Virus record (IMG/VR): IMGVR_UViG_3300036966_000119
Coordinates: 96,001 to 160,000 of that record
DNA: 64,000 nucleotides
DNA from: a virus
Lineage: Duplodnaviria; Caudoviricetes
Direction: 5' to 3' (one strand)
Below the pieces are notes generated by a model. It saw only the letters and a list, made by a program, of their open reading frames with translations, searched no databases and was not told the origin of the DNA. The position numbers were made by a program, and so were the translations under genes. This document shows, piece by piece, positions 30,049 through 38,623 of the stretch (position 1 is the stretch's first letter; each line of letters opens with the position of its first letter).

Positions 30049-30174
30049 TCATCCATCGTAATCATCATCGTCATCATCGTCGATATAGTTATCACATGAC
30101 AATGATGTTACAAGAATACCTATAAGAATTGAGAGTATAGTTATAACTCCCCCTATTAACCATTTATTTTTCAT
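30049..30174 (-). CDS. 41-aa membrane peptide with poly-Asp tail (not in ORF track)
   Basis: MKNKWLIGGVITILSILIGILVTSLSCDNYIDDDDDDDYDG*; ATGA overlap with the upstream stop. Confidence 0.55.
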   Translation of the reverse strand: MKNKWLIGGVITILSILIGILVTSLSCDNYIDDDDDDDYDG

Positions 30175-30443
30175 ACCAGTACCGTCCTTTCTGTATCGTT
30201 TATTTCTTTAGAGAGAAAGTCTCGTAAAGCTTCTGTAAATGCTTTGTCAAACTTTTCTCTGTAGGGCTTTGTGTTTTCAGAAACCCACATGGCTTCCGAT
30301 TCGTTTAATTCTATTTTATATGTGACACCGCCATATATGTTATATATGACGGTCCACTTGTCTGAATTACTGACTCTCGTTAAGTCTTTGAAAGTGTTCT
30401 GTAAGTCGAGTGTCGTCGTTTTGTAAACATCCATTATCTTCAT
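30171..30443 (-). CDS. hypothetical protein
   Basis: GGAGG RBS before MKIMDVYK; overlaps the AAA gene 3' end. Confidence 0.5.
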   Translation of the reverse strand: MKIMDVYKTTTLDLQNTFKDLTRVSNSDKWTVIYNIYGGVTYKIELNESEAMWVSENTKPYREKFDKAFTEALRDFLSKEINDTERTVLV

Positions 30444-31617
30444 CTTTATACGCCTCCACGAGCTCATCAAGGGTCTTTCCAACCATTACGTCCAACTGAA
30501 GTTGTGCAAAGGTTGTTCCCTCTTTTATTTTTATATCTCCGTCGTATGTTTTTCCATAATGATGCATACAGAATTCATCAAATGTTTCTTTACATACTCC
30601 ATCGATCTCTATCTTCAAGTCGATTCTTCCGGGGCGTATTAAAGCCGGATCCAACTTGTCGATATGATTTGTTGTGAACACATAGATGGCGTTCGTTGGT
30701 GCATTGATACCGTCGAGAGAATTCAGTAATGATGCGAATCCGCCACCAGGTCTTTTGTTTTTGTCCTTGTCTTCTTCGGCTTCATCAGCTTTCATGAAAA
30801 TCGAAGTTCTGGCTTTCTCCTTAAAGCCACAATCGATGTCTTCGATAATGATGGTTCTATAAGAATCCTCTGTCATTGTGTCAGAGGGAATTTCTCTTCC
30901 TAACATAGTAGAGAATGACAGAACATCATCACCATAGATGAAATTTGTTACAGAATGGGTGTATTTTGATATGGCCTGAGCTATGCTGGATTTACCTGTA
31001 CCAGCAGGACCATATAGCAGAATACCGAAATGATATGGTATTCCATTCTGCTTGTACCAATCTCTGCGTTCGATAAATTTATCGATAGAATCAGTAATCA
31101 GTTTCTTCTTTGATGACTCAATAAATATGTCATCAAATGTCCTCATCTTGTGAGTCATTGACATTGATGCGAAGTTCTCCCTATCCTTGTGAAGATAACT
31201 CCACTTATCCCAATCTTTCTTTGATTCGATAACTCCCTTGTGGGTTATCTTCTCAATGAATAACTTGAGATTGGAGACATTGTTTTTTGTGTTGATGGTC
31301 CTCAGATAGTGTTTCTTTTCTCTATCGGAGTACATCCATATCGGAGTCCCATGATACAGAGTAAAGCATTCACCTCTAATGTCTACCGATAGGTCTGTTG
31401 TAAATTCGAATTTCAGATTGCCTGCTATTTCGGATGACTGAGTTGCACCCACTTTTTCTGGGATGTTTTTGAATATGTGTTTCAACACCGGTTGTGCCTT
31501 ATAGGCAATATCATCAATGCAGATAACGTAGGATGTCTGGTCCTTGATAAGTTTACCAAGTTTACCAAGTTTACCAGACAACTGCATGATGAATGGATTG
31601 ATTGGCATATGTTTCAT
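30367..31617 (-). CDS. BCS1-like AAA+ ATPase
   Basis: WYKQNGIPYHFGILLYGPAGTGKSS (Walker A), IIIEDID (Walker B), LLNSLDG, TTNHIDKLDPALIRPGRID (SRH). Confidence 0.85.
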   Translation of the reverse strand: MKHMPINPFIMQLSGKLGKLGKLIKDQTSYVICIDDIAYKAQPVLKHIFKNIPEKVGATQSSEIAGNLKFEFTTDLSVDIRGECFTLYHGTPIWMYSDREKKHYLRTINTKNNVSNLKLFIEKITHKGVIESKKDWDKWSYLHKDRENFASMSMTHKMRTFDDIFIESSKKKLITDSIDKFIERRDWYKQNGIPYHFGILLYGPAGTGKSSIAQAISKYTHSVTNFIYGDDVLSFSTMLGREIPSDTMTEDSYRTIIIEDIDCGFKEKARTSIFMKADEAEEDKDKNKRPGGGFASLLNSLDGINAPTNAIYVFTTNHIDKLDPALIRPGRIDLKIEIDGVCKETFDEFCMHHYGKTYDGDIKIKEGTTFAQLQLDVMVGKTLDELVEAYKDEDNGCLQNDDTRLTEHFQRLNESQ

Positions 31618-31642
31618 TAAATGAATCCTCCTTAAATGTATT

Positions 31643-31660
31643 CATGTAAATAATATGTGT
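31643..31660 (-). promoter_or_regulatory. putative early promoter
   Basis: Minus strand ACACATATTATTTACATG upstream of the AAGGAGG RBS. Confidence 0.5.
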
Positions 31661-31682
31661 ATGAATTTTTAAAATAATAAAA

Positions 31683-31701
31683 CCGGGGCATGAAGCCCCG
31701 G
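31683..31701 (-). terminator. intrinsic terminator
   Basis: CCGGGGC-N5-GCCCCGG with minus-strand T tract. Confidence 0.65.
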
Positions 31702-31705
31702 AATA

Positions 31706-32161
31706 TTATGTAATTATGTGATTCTTTAATTCATCCTTGATTTTCTTTTCGTATTTTCTATAGAGCTCACCAAGAGTCTGGCATCCGGAGGGATATAACC
31801 AGAAAATGGCAACAGTTGATGAAATCATTGATGCCATTGGTCTGACAACTGTATTTGAAGGAATGAATATTATATTATCAAGGTCTTCAACTTTTGTGTC
31901 TGAGAATTTCAATAAATCAACATATCTCTCTTCGTTTATAACAAGATCAATGAAGTTATAAACAGTCTTTGGTTTAAAAGATACTTGTCTTTGATCACCA
32001 ACGGGAATGTAGTTGAATGTATTGAATGTTCTTGATGTGCATATCAATGGATCAAATCCTGATGTGCACATGTGTATGTAATGATCTCGATATTTCTTTA
32101 GCTTGAATACCGTTGAGTCCATTTCATCAAGTTTTTCTGAAGTATTATTACCAGTATCCAT
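31706..32161 (-). CDS. hypothetical protein
   Basis: 151-aa ORF with GAGGTG RBS, in operon. Confidence 0.65.
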   Translation of the reverse strand: MDTGNNTSEKLDEMDSTVFKLKKYRDHYIHMCTSGFDPLICTSRTFNTFNYIPVGDQRQVSFKPKTVYNFIDLVINEERYVDLLKFSDTKVEDLDNIIFIPSNTVVRPMASMISSTVAIFWLYPSGCQTLGELYRKYEKKIKDELKNHIIT

Positions 32162-32170
32162 TTAATCACC

Positions 32171-33214
32171 TCATAACAATTCTATCAGATTTATGTCATC
32201 GACATGTAAACTCTGAAGACCATCGATATCATACAGGTCTATCATCTTACTCTTAATCTTTTCAACTATTGATGGTGGTATGAGTTTTGTGTGTGACTCT
32301 ATATCAATCAACTGGAATGATTTCTTTATGGAATCATGATACAATGGATTGAGTATCGGGAGGATACTTTCAATTGATTTTGGATCTGAAGGAATCTCGC
32401 CTCTTTCAACCGCTCTCAGTAGATCATTCGCAAATGATGATATACCCAGCTGGGTAATACCTATAAGGCCTCTGTCAAAATCACCGATTATCGAATTCAA
32501 TAATGCATAGAATACTTTATTCTGGACAAATGTATTCATTATATCATCATTGATTGATGATATTGACTGACATATCATTGATGGATCTGCAAGCTGATGA
32601 TTAAACTTTGACATGATAACCCTTGTTCTGTCTTCAAGCATGTACATTGTCATCAATGGTGATCCAGACACAATAAGTCTGTCACGACCGTTGTTTTTGT
32701 AATCATCAATTATGTTTGGGATAATATAATTATCCACACGATTACATCTGATGAGATATGACTTAGGTATGTACTTGAGAATGATTTCTACACGCTTCAT
32801 TGCCTCTGTCCAGAAGTAATTAAGCTGAGCATATCTTTCCTGTTCGAATTTATTTACGTAAGGCATCAGATATGATTTAATGACATCCTGTTCTGGCAGT
32901 AAAGCCATCTCGAAGTCATTAACTATAAGGAATATCCTTACGTCATTAAGTCTGTTGGAAAACATCTTCCAATGTTTTACGACTGATAAGACATTGGATA
33001 TGATATCTCTTTCAACTGCATCACCATCTGAGAATGGTAATAAGTTTAAGAATTTAGCTGATGTCGACAAAGCCGACACCAGCACATTTAAATCGATGAA
33101 TATATCAATTCCATTGATTGGATAATAGTCCTCTCCACCAAGGAAAGTACTAATGGTATTGAACTTTAATTTCAATGCCTTACCAACAATAGGACCTATT
33201 GAGAATTCTCTCAT
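32171..33214 (-). CDS. divergent 5'-3' exonuclease/FEN-like (PIN + H3TH) protein
   Basis: N-terminal IFIDLN and IIGDFDRGLIGITQLG resembling the GD..D.I.G..G.G hairpin; catalytic residues look eroded. Confidence 0.5.
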   Translation of the reverse strand: MREFSIGPIVGKALKLKFNTISTFLGGEDYYPINGIDIFIDLNVLVSALSTSAKFLNLLPFSDGDAVERDIISNVLSVVKHWKMFSNRLNDVRIFLIVNDFEMALLPEQDVIKSYLMPYVNKFEQERYAQLNYFWTEAMKRVEIILKYIPKSYLIRCNRVDNYIIPNIIDDYKNNGRDRLIVSGSPLMTMYMLEDRTRVIMSKFNHQLADPSMICQSISSINDDIMNTFVQNKVFYALLNSIIGDFDRGLIGITQLGISSFANDLLRAVERGEIPSDPKSIESILPILNPLYHDSIKKSFQLIDIESHTKLIPPSIVEKIKSKMIDLYDIDGLQSLHVDDINLIELL

Positions 33215-33259
33215 GCTATAGTCCCCTCCTTACTGTGAGCCTCTATAATTTTTCTCAGA

Positions 33260-35263
33260 TCACCCCTCACGGAGACCGAAGATGTAATCCTCAAATGAAC
33301 GAGGACCAACACGATTGATCTCGTTTCTCTCATTGAAGATTACATTAAGGATATGATGCCTTGTCTGTTCAAATGCCAGAGCAACAGAAATTGACTCATG
33401 ATTAGCAAGAGCTGTCTTGAGTCGCATCAACTGATACTCAGGATCCGGTTTAGTCCAGTCAGGTCTGAGAAGCTTGTTCTCAACCGAACGTATGAGGTGA
33501 CCGATAATGATCTCACCATGTACTGAGAAGATCGGAATGATACCATGCATGAGATGTGCTAACTCAGTAACAGCCTCCTCTATAGTATTGAACTTGGATA
33601 TCTCATTCTCGAGCAGCTTCATAATATTCATATATTTAGCAGTCATCATAATATTTACAGGAATGATATCACAGAATGATCCATTACCTGTCTCAAGTAT
33701 CTTATGAGATGAGATCTTGTAGTAAGGTACATCATCAATCATTACTTCCTTGAATGAGTCTGTTATGGAGTCAGGAATATTGATTGATGCATACTTCGAA
33801 ATTGTAATCGGAATAAGATCCTTTCCAATATATACTGTAAGAGACTCAGATATATTATCCAGATAATCTTCTTTGAGATAGATATCAAACTTCTTCTCAT
33901 CTGTAGGAATAAGAGTTGAGTTCTCCATAACGAACCATTTCTCATATCCGTCAGTAAACTCAACCTTCTCTGCATTAGTCTTGAGCAGATGTTTAGCAGA
34001 CAGAATCTTCTGTCCAACATCCTTTGTGAGAAGTTCTGTAGTATATATGAAACCACCCGGGAGTTCTCCAACCTTAAGAGCCTTAGTACCATAACACTTA
34101 TGACATACATCCTCATTGAGGTTACATGTACAAGGACTTCTGAACCAGAGAGTCTGGCCAAGAAGATCAGTATCATTCTTTGAGAAAATTCTTTCATGGA
34201 TACTATTCTTCTGAGTAGTATACCATCTACCGTCCATCATCTCAAGCATACACTCATCAATGAAGATTGGTATTGGGTTTATGGAACCACAGTCTTCAAC
34301 TGTTGGTGAAATAGTTCCATATGTAAGGATCCAAAGATTACGTGCAAAGTAACCTGCAGAACCCATGTATTCTTCATTCATGATATCAGGAACACGTGCT
34401 GCGATTGCACCAACATACATACTCTGTTTTGTACTGTAACCAGCACGGAATCCATTACCGTTCATGGTTGATGTGATAATATTCTTACCATCAGGAATCT
34501 GAGCAAGATTGATGTACAACTCCTCCATCTGCTTTGCTTTGATGATCTGAGTGTATTTATTATCAATGAAGAATGGGTTGTTACGTTTAAGCATCTCTGC
34601 TTCAAGTACCTTATACTTTTCAGCATTAGCAGCAACGATATCTGAGGTCTGCATATTTGGAGGATATTCAGTATTATTGATTTCTCTGATGATTTCAGAA
34701 TCACGATAGTGGTCGAGGAACAAGTTCTCAGCAGTAAACACCTGCATATCTGCCTTTGAGAAATTTACCAATAACTGTTTGAGGTCCATAGTAACCCGAG
34801 CCATAGTAACATCTCTCTGTGCAAGTGTTTTACCAAATGAATTCAGTGTCTCAACTATCTTGTCCTGAATTTTGTTTCTACCCTTCTTTGATAAGAATCC
34901 CTGAAGGATATAATCATTGATATCAATATATTCAAGATAATCCATAACAGGTCTCAGGAATACTAATGACATCATGAATCTGTTCAGAGGGAGTTTATAA
35001 GTGATCTTATCATCAACATTCTTCTTGAATTTGATGAATGTATGTTGTAACTTTTCACCATTTTCGTCGAAGTTATTCCAACATAACGAAGCAACATCAA
35101 CGACACGTTCATACAGATAATCGAAATCATGTTTGAATCTGTCAAGTATAATGGTCTCACCAATGAGATCGTATATCTGTTCACTTGATGTTATTTCATA
35201 TAATGCTGCGATGTCTTCGAATCTTGATTCATTGACATCTGTATCAATATTGAAATTTATCAT
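33260..35263 (-). CDS. multisubunit RNA polymerase beta' C-terminal subunit (probably non-virion RNAP)
   Basis: SAGYFARNL (bridge helix), EDCGS, RSPCTC...VCHKCYG zinc site, QKILSAKH trigger-loop equivalent. Confidence 0.85.
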   Translation of the reverse strand: MINFNIDTDVNESRFEDIAALYEITSSEQIYDLIGETIILDRFKHDFDYLYERVVDVASLCWNNFDENGEKLQHTFIKFKKNVDDKITYKLPLNRFMMSLVFLRPVMDYLEYIDINDYILQGFLSKKGRNKIQDKIVETLNSFGKTLAQRDVTMARVTMDLKQLLVNFSKADMQVFTAENLFLDHYRDSEIIREINNTEYPPNMQTSDIVAANAEKYKVLEAEMLKRNNPFFIDNKYTQIIKAKQMEELYINLAQIPDGKNIITSTMNGNGFRAGYSTKQSMYVGAIAARVPDIMNEEYMGSAGYFARNLWILTYGTISPTVEDCGSINPIPIFIDECMLEMMDGRWYTTQKNSIHERIFSKNDTDLLGQTLWFRSPCTCNLNEDVCHKCYGTKALKVGELPGGFIYTTELLTKDVGQKILSAKHLLKTNAEKVEFTDGYEKWFVMENSTLIPTDEKKFDIYLKEDYLDNISESLTVYIGKDLIPITISKYASINIPDSITDSFKEVMIDDVPYYKISSHKILETGNGSFCDIIPVNIMMTAKYMNIMKLLENEISKFNTIEEAVTELAHLMHGIIPIFSVHGEIIIGHLIRSVENKLLRPDWTKPDPEYQLMRLKTALANHESISVALAFEQTRHHILNVIFNERNEINRVGPRSFEDYIFGLREG

Positions 35264-35278
35264 ATCATGATCCCTCCA

Positions 35279-35920
35279 TTAGTTATCAATCATGCTCATA
35301 TCGAACTTGAAGTTCATAAGCATTTCCTTACGAGCATTCTTGTTCTCTTTACCATCACCAACAAGCATACCCATTGTTGATATGATTTCAGCATCATCCA
35401 TTGTAACACGTAAAAGTCTACGTGTCTTGGGATCCATGATTACCTCCTTTGATACAACTGCTGCAGATGATCCAAGACCTTTGTAACGTGCCTTGATAGC
35501 AGGATACATCTTTTCAACATACTCGAAGAATTTCGATATTGTCGTCTGAATCTTGTTGCCGTTCTTATCAGGGTACTTAACAAGAAGACCATATTTCTTC
35601 TGGACATTGATAATGTATTTCAGCTGAGAAACGAGATCATCATCAATAACAACCAGCTGGTCATGCAGATCAATAACGGCTTTGATCTGATGATTGTCAT
35701 GATCATACTTTAACTCTGGATATACCTTTATGAGCATGCGTACCCAGTCATCAACATGCTTCTCAAAGTCTTGAGGAGTATCGCCGTACTTCGCAAAACC
35801 ATAAGCTATGTATTCAAGTAAATCCATGTTTGTAGATCGATTGATTGATACCTCGGATAATGTTGACAGATACTCAAATGATTCTGTAACAAAGTCTTTG
35901 GCATTTACTTTTTTCGACAT
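35279..35920 (-). CDS. gyrB: type IIA topoisomerase GyrB, C-terminal fragment
   Basis: RYKGLG...MDPKTRRLLRVTMDD...LVGD..R; GGAGG RBS favours MSKKVNAK start at 35920. Confidence 0.85.
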   Translation of the reverse strand: MSKKVNAKDFVTESFEYLSTLSEVSINRSTNMDLLEYIAYGFAKYGDTPQDFEKHVDDWVRMLIKVYPELKYDHDNHQIKAVIDLHDQLVVIDDDLVSQLKYIINVQKKYGLLVKYPDKNGNKIQTTISKFFEYVEKMYPAIKARYKGLGSSAAVVSKEVIMDPKTRRLLRVTMDDAEIISTMGMLVGDGKENKNARKEMLMNFKFDMSMIDN

Positions 35921-35986
35921 GTTGTGTTCCTCCATTCACAATAATAGTAGTAATGAGTAGTATCATTATTTGGACAATATAAATAT

Positions 35987-36009
35987 GTTGGGGAGCAATG
36001 CTCCCCAAT
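35987..36009. terminator. terminator-like hairpin between the two gyrB halves
   Basis: TTGGGGAGC-aat-GCTCCCCAA, extendable by flanking ATAAATAT/ATATTTAT. Confidence 0.55.
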
Positions 36010-36021
36010 ATTATATTTATT

Positions 36022-37743
36022 TCATTTCATTTCAGGGAATTCAAGTTCCATTCCACCGATAGAGTCAATACATACCTGAAGGTACTCTGTCTGAGAAGCA
36101 ACGTAATATACGTTCTTATCTTTCATGAGTTTGTACAGAGGTGGCTCTGCTATATAGAGCTTACCAGCCCTGATGATATCTGGTAAGAACTTAACAAAGA
36201 ATGCACATATACCAACACGGATATGATATCCATCAATATCAGCATCAGTAGCTATGATTATTTTATCGAAGTAAAGTTTCCTGATATCGAATGTTGGTCC
36301 TATTCCACATCCAAGAACCTTAACCAGATTCAACCAAGGAACTGACTGAAGTGCTCTATCAAGAGTGAGATCCCATACATTCAAAGATTTACCTCTGAAT
36401 GTTAATATGGCCTGATACTTTGCATTTCTTGCACCCTTAAGTCCACCGCCTGCGGAATTTCCTTCAACAAGGAATAGTTCTTTTGGTTCGGGAGTTATGA
36501 TTGTTGCACAAGGATAATATGAATCAGGCTTCTGCCATGACTTTAATGCCTTGGTAGTTGATGCAACATTTCTCATCTTTTCTCCTTCGATACGAGCTCG
36601 ATGGTTACCGATAACAACTTCGGCCATTTCATTCAGTACCGAATCATTGGACTTTGATAATACGTTATAAGCAGCTTCTTCAATTGCTTTACCAAGTACT
36701 CTGTTGTCGACTGAATGTTTACTTTGTGATGTAAACATATGTGCACAGTTTGTGCCTGCCTTTACAACGATATTCATATGTGCAAGAATATCTTTCTTGA
36801 GATCAACACCTTCGAGTTTCTTCTGCTTGCGAATAACTCGTTCTGTTATCGCCTTACTGAAACCCCTGATGATTCCATCAACATGAGCACCATTCTGTGG
36901 AGTATGAATCATATTCATCCAAGAATGACGTACATCATCACCTTTGTATTTATCCGGATCAGAATATGTGATTGCAACAGATACTTCGAAATGTCTATCA
37001 AATACTTCCTCGTCAAACTCTTCTTTCAACTGACCAGAACATTCGAACACGAGATCATTACATAATCTCGCATCCAATGGAACGAACTGCTCAAAGAACT
37101 GGAATAATTCTTTATGACGAACCGTTGTTGTATCCCCATTGATTGTATAAATCATATTGGTTGATCGTGGCAAAGTATAATCTGCATCAGCAAGCCATGT
37201 TTTCATGAGTTCAGTAGGGATAGTATCAACACCGAGTAACTTTCTTGAAGGCTTAAATGTTACAATAAGACCATGTTCATTTCCTGTGTAGGATTCTTTC
37301 TTCTCATCAAACAGAACTCCGTTCTTATATATGAGCGTCATCCTACATTTCTCGGTTGGTCTTATTGTTACTATCTCAAGATATGATGATAATGCCAACA
37401 CACAGGTTGAACCACCAACACCATTCTCACCAGTACTTTCACCATGAGCTCGTGTCATCTTTGTGCCTGCTTGAATAGTTTCATATACCTCTCTGATTAT
37501 ATTGGTCGGAATACCTCTACCGTTATCACGGACTGTTATCTGTTTATCAGTCATCATGATTTCTATCTTGTTACCAGGTGATTCAGTATTACTACATTCA
37601 TCTTTACTGTTGTCAACCAATTCTTTACAAAGATGGAATACACCAAGGTCTCCAAGATTGGCAATGTACATTGTTGGTCTGGCCTGGATCTTCTCTACAT
37701 CGTTTTTGATGATATTATATTTATCATCTTTAATCTTTGGCAT
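36022..37743 (-). CDS. gyrB: type IIA topoisomerase GyrB, N-terminal part (GHKL ATPase + TOPRIM)
   Basis: RPTMYI, ELVDNSKDE, DNGRGIP, GENGVG, LVEGNSAGG, FRGKSLN, IATDADIDGYHI, PPLY; AAGGAGG RBS favours MPKIK start. Confidence 0.9.
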   Translation of the reverse strand: MPKIKDDKYNIIKNDVEKIQARPTMYIANLGDLGVFHLCKELVDNSKDECSNTESPGNKIEIMMTDKQITVRDNGRGIPTNIIREVYETIQAGTKMTRAHGESTGENGVGGSTCVLALSSYLEIVTIRPTEKCRMTLIYKNGVLFDEKKESYTGNEHGLIVTFKPSRKLLGVDTIPTELMKTWLADADYTLPRSTNMIYTINGDTTTVRHKELFQFFEQFVPLDARLCNDLVFECSGQLKEEFDEEVFDRHFEVSVAITYSDPDKYKGDDVRHSWMNMIHTPQNGAHVDGIIRGFSKAITERVIRKQKKLEGVDLKKDILAHMNIVVKAGTNCAHMFTSQSKHSVDNRVLGKAIEEAAYNVLSKSNDSVLNEMAEVVIGNHRARIEGEKMRNVASTTKALKSWQKPDSYYPCATIITPEPKELFLVEGNSAGGGLKGARNAKYQAILTFRGKSLNVWDLTLDRALQSVPWLNLVKVLGCGIGPTFDIRKLYFDKIIIATDADIDGYHIRVGICAFFVKFLPDIIRAGKLYIAEPPLYKLMKDKNVYYVASQTEYLQVCIDSIGGMELEFPEMK

Positions 37744-37798
37744 GGAAAGCTCCTCCTTCGTTTTATTTGCTATTTTGATAGTTATTCTCCATAGCACG

Positions 37799-37812
37799 AA
37801 AATAATATATGT
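37799..37812 (-). promoter_or_regulatory. putative early promoter of the gyrB/RNAP operon
   Basis: Minus strand ACATATATTATTTT. Confidence 0.5.
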
Positions 37813-37957
37813 CTTTTGAAAACAAATTCGTAAGTTCATCTATGAACAATATCACTCGCCGGTGATAACTATCGAACATTCTACTGACATGGAATGTATC
37901 CTCCGTTTTTATGGACCGATCTGGCTGAAGTCGGTCCAACTATTTGTATTTATTTGT

Positions 37958-37974
37958 GGGGGCTTTATGCCCCC
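37958..37974. terminator. terminator-like hairpin in a divergent intergenic region
   Basis: GGGGGC-tttat-GCCCCC; no annotated gene ends here. Confidence 0.45.
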
Positions 37975-38022
37975 AAATCCTTATAATTTTCTATGCTACT
38001 GGATTTAATGGTACATAATTGC

Positions 38023-38041
38023 TATATATATTATTAATATG
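38023..38041 (+). promoter_or_regulatory. putative early promoter
   Basis: TATATATATTATTAATATG. Confidence 0.6.
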
Positions 38042-38101
38042 AGAAAAGAAATAAGAATACGCTTATTTCAACTCTCTTTCATTATTTAAGGAGGTCATAT
38101 T

Positions 38102-38530
38102 ATGACAAAAACAGAGAGAATCGCTAATGGATATACCAAATGGGTCCTGATCTCAGACCGTCACGGTAACGACGACATCCAGGATTTCTGGTACAGCAGT
38201 GGGCTGCAGCCGTGGCTTATTGGAGATGAGGAGAAGGTTGCCGATGACATTACCAATTGGGACATTACAAAACTCAGAAATTTTGCCAAGAAATTAAACA
38301 TCTATATGCTCAACATGTGTCTCGATTCTGATGATACATCATATGTTATTCTGCCGGTGTACTCTTACAAACTAACGAGATCAGAAAATAAAAAACTTGT
38401 AGATGCCTATCTCGAGACAATAGAGTTTTCCCCAAGTCAGTTCCTGAAATATCACAGAAAGGATCTCATAGCTCTCCTTGGCATAAAGACATACAATAAG
38501 ATTGTATATAAATACAAAAACAACGATTAA
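38102..38530 (+). CDS. hypothetical early protein
   Basis: 142 aa with AAGGAGG RBS, own promoter motif and terminator. Confidence 0.7.
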   Translation: MTKTERIANGYTKWVLISDRHGNDDIQDFWYSSGLQPWLIGDEEKVADDITNWDITKLRNFAKKLNIYMLNMCLDSDDTSYVILPVYSYKLTRSENKKLVDAYLETIEFSPSQFLKYHRKDLIALLGIKTYNKIVYKYKNND

Positions 38531-38534
38531 TACG

Positions 38535-38564
38535 AGAGCCCTTCGGGGCTCTATCTTTTTTTTT
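38535..38564 (+). terminator. intrinsic terminator
   Basis: AGAGCCC-TTCG-GGGCTCT followed by a long T run. Confidence 0.85.
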
Positions 38565-38623
38565 TGTTTGAAAGCATTATTGAACGAAAGGGTAATCTTT
38601 ATTATTCGGAAAGGAATGATATA

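Noticed and set aside
35921-36021. Self-splicing intron in gyrB
   Set aside because: About 100 nt is too short, there is no group I/II core, and the downstream part has its own RBS
37850-37867. TATCACTCGCCGGTGATA resembles the lambda operator consensus
   Set aside because: It is one base longer, single-copy, there is no CI/Cro-like gene, and the phage group is unrelated; treated as a hairpin
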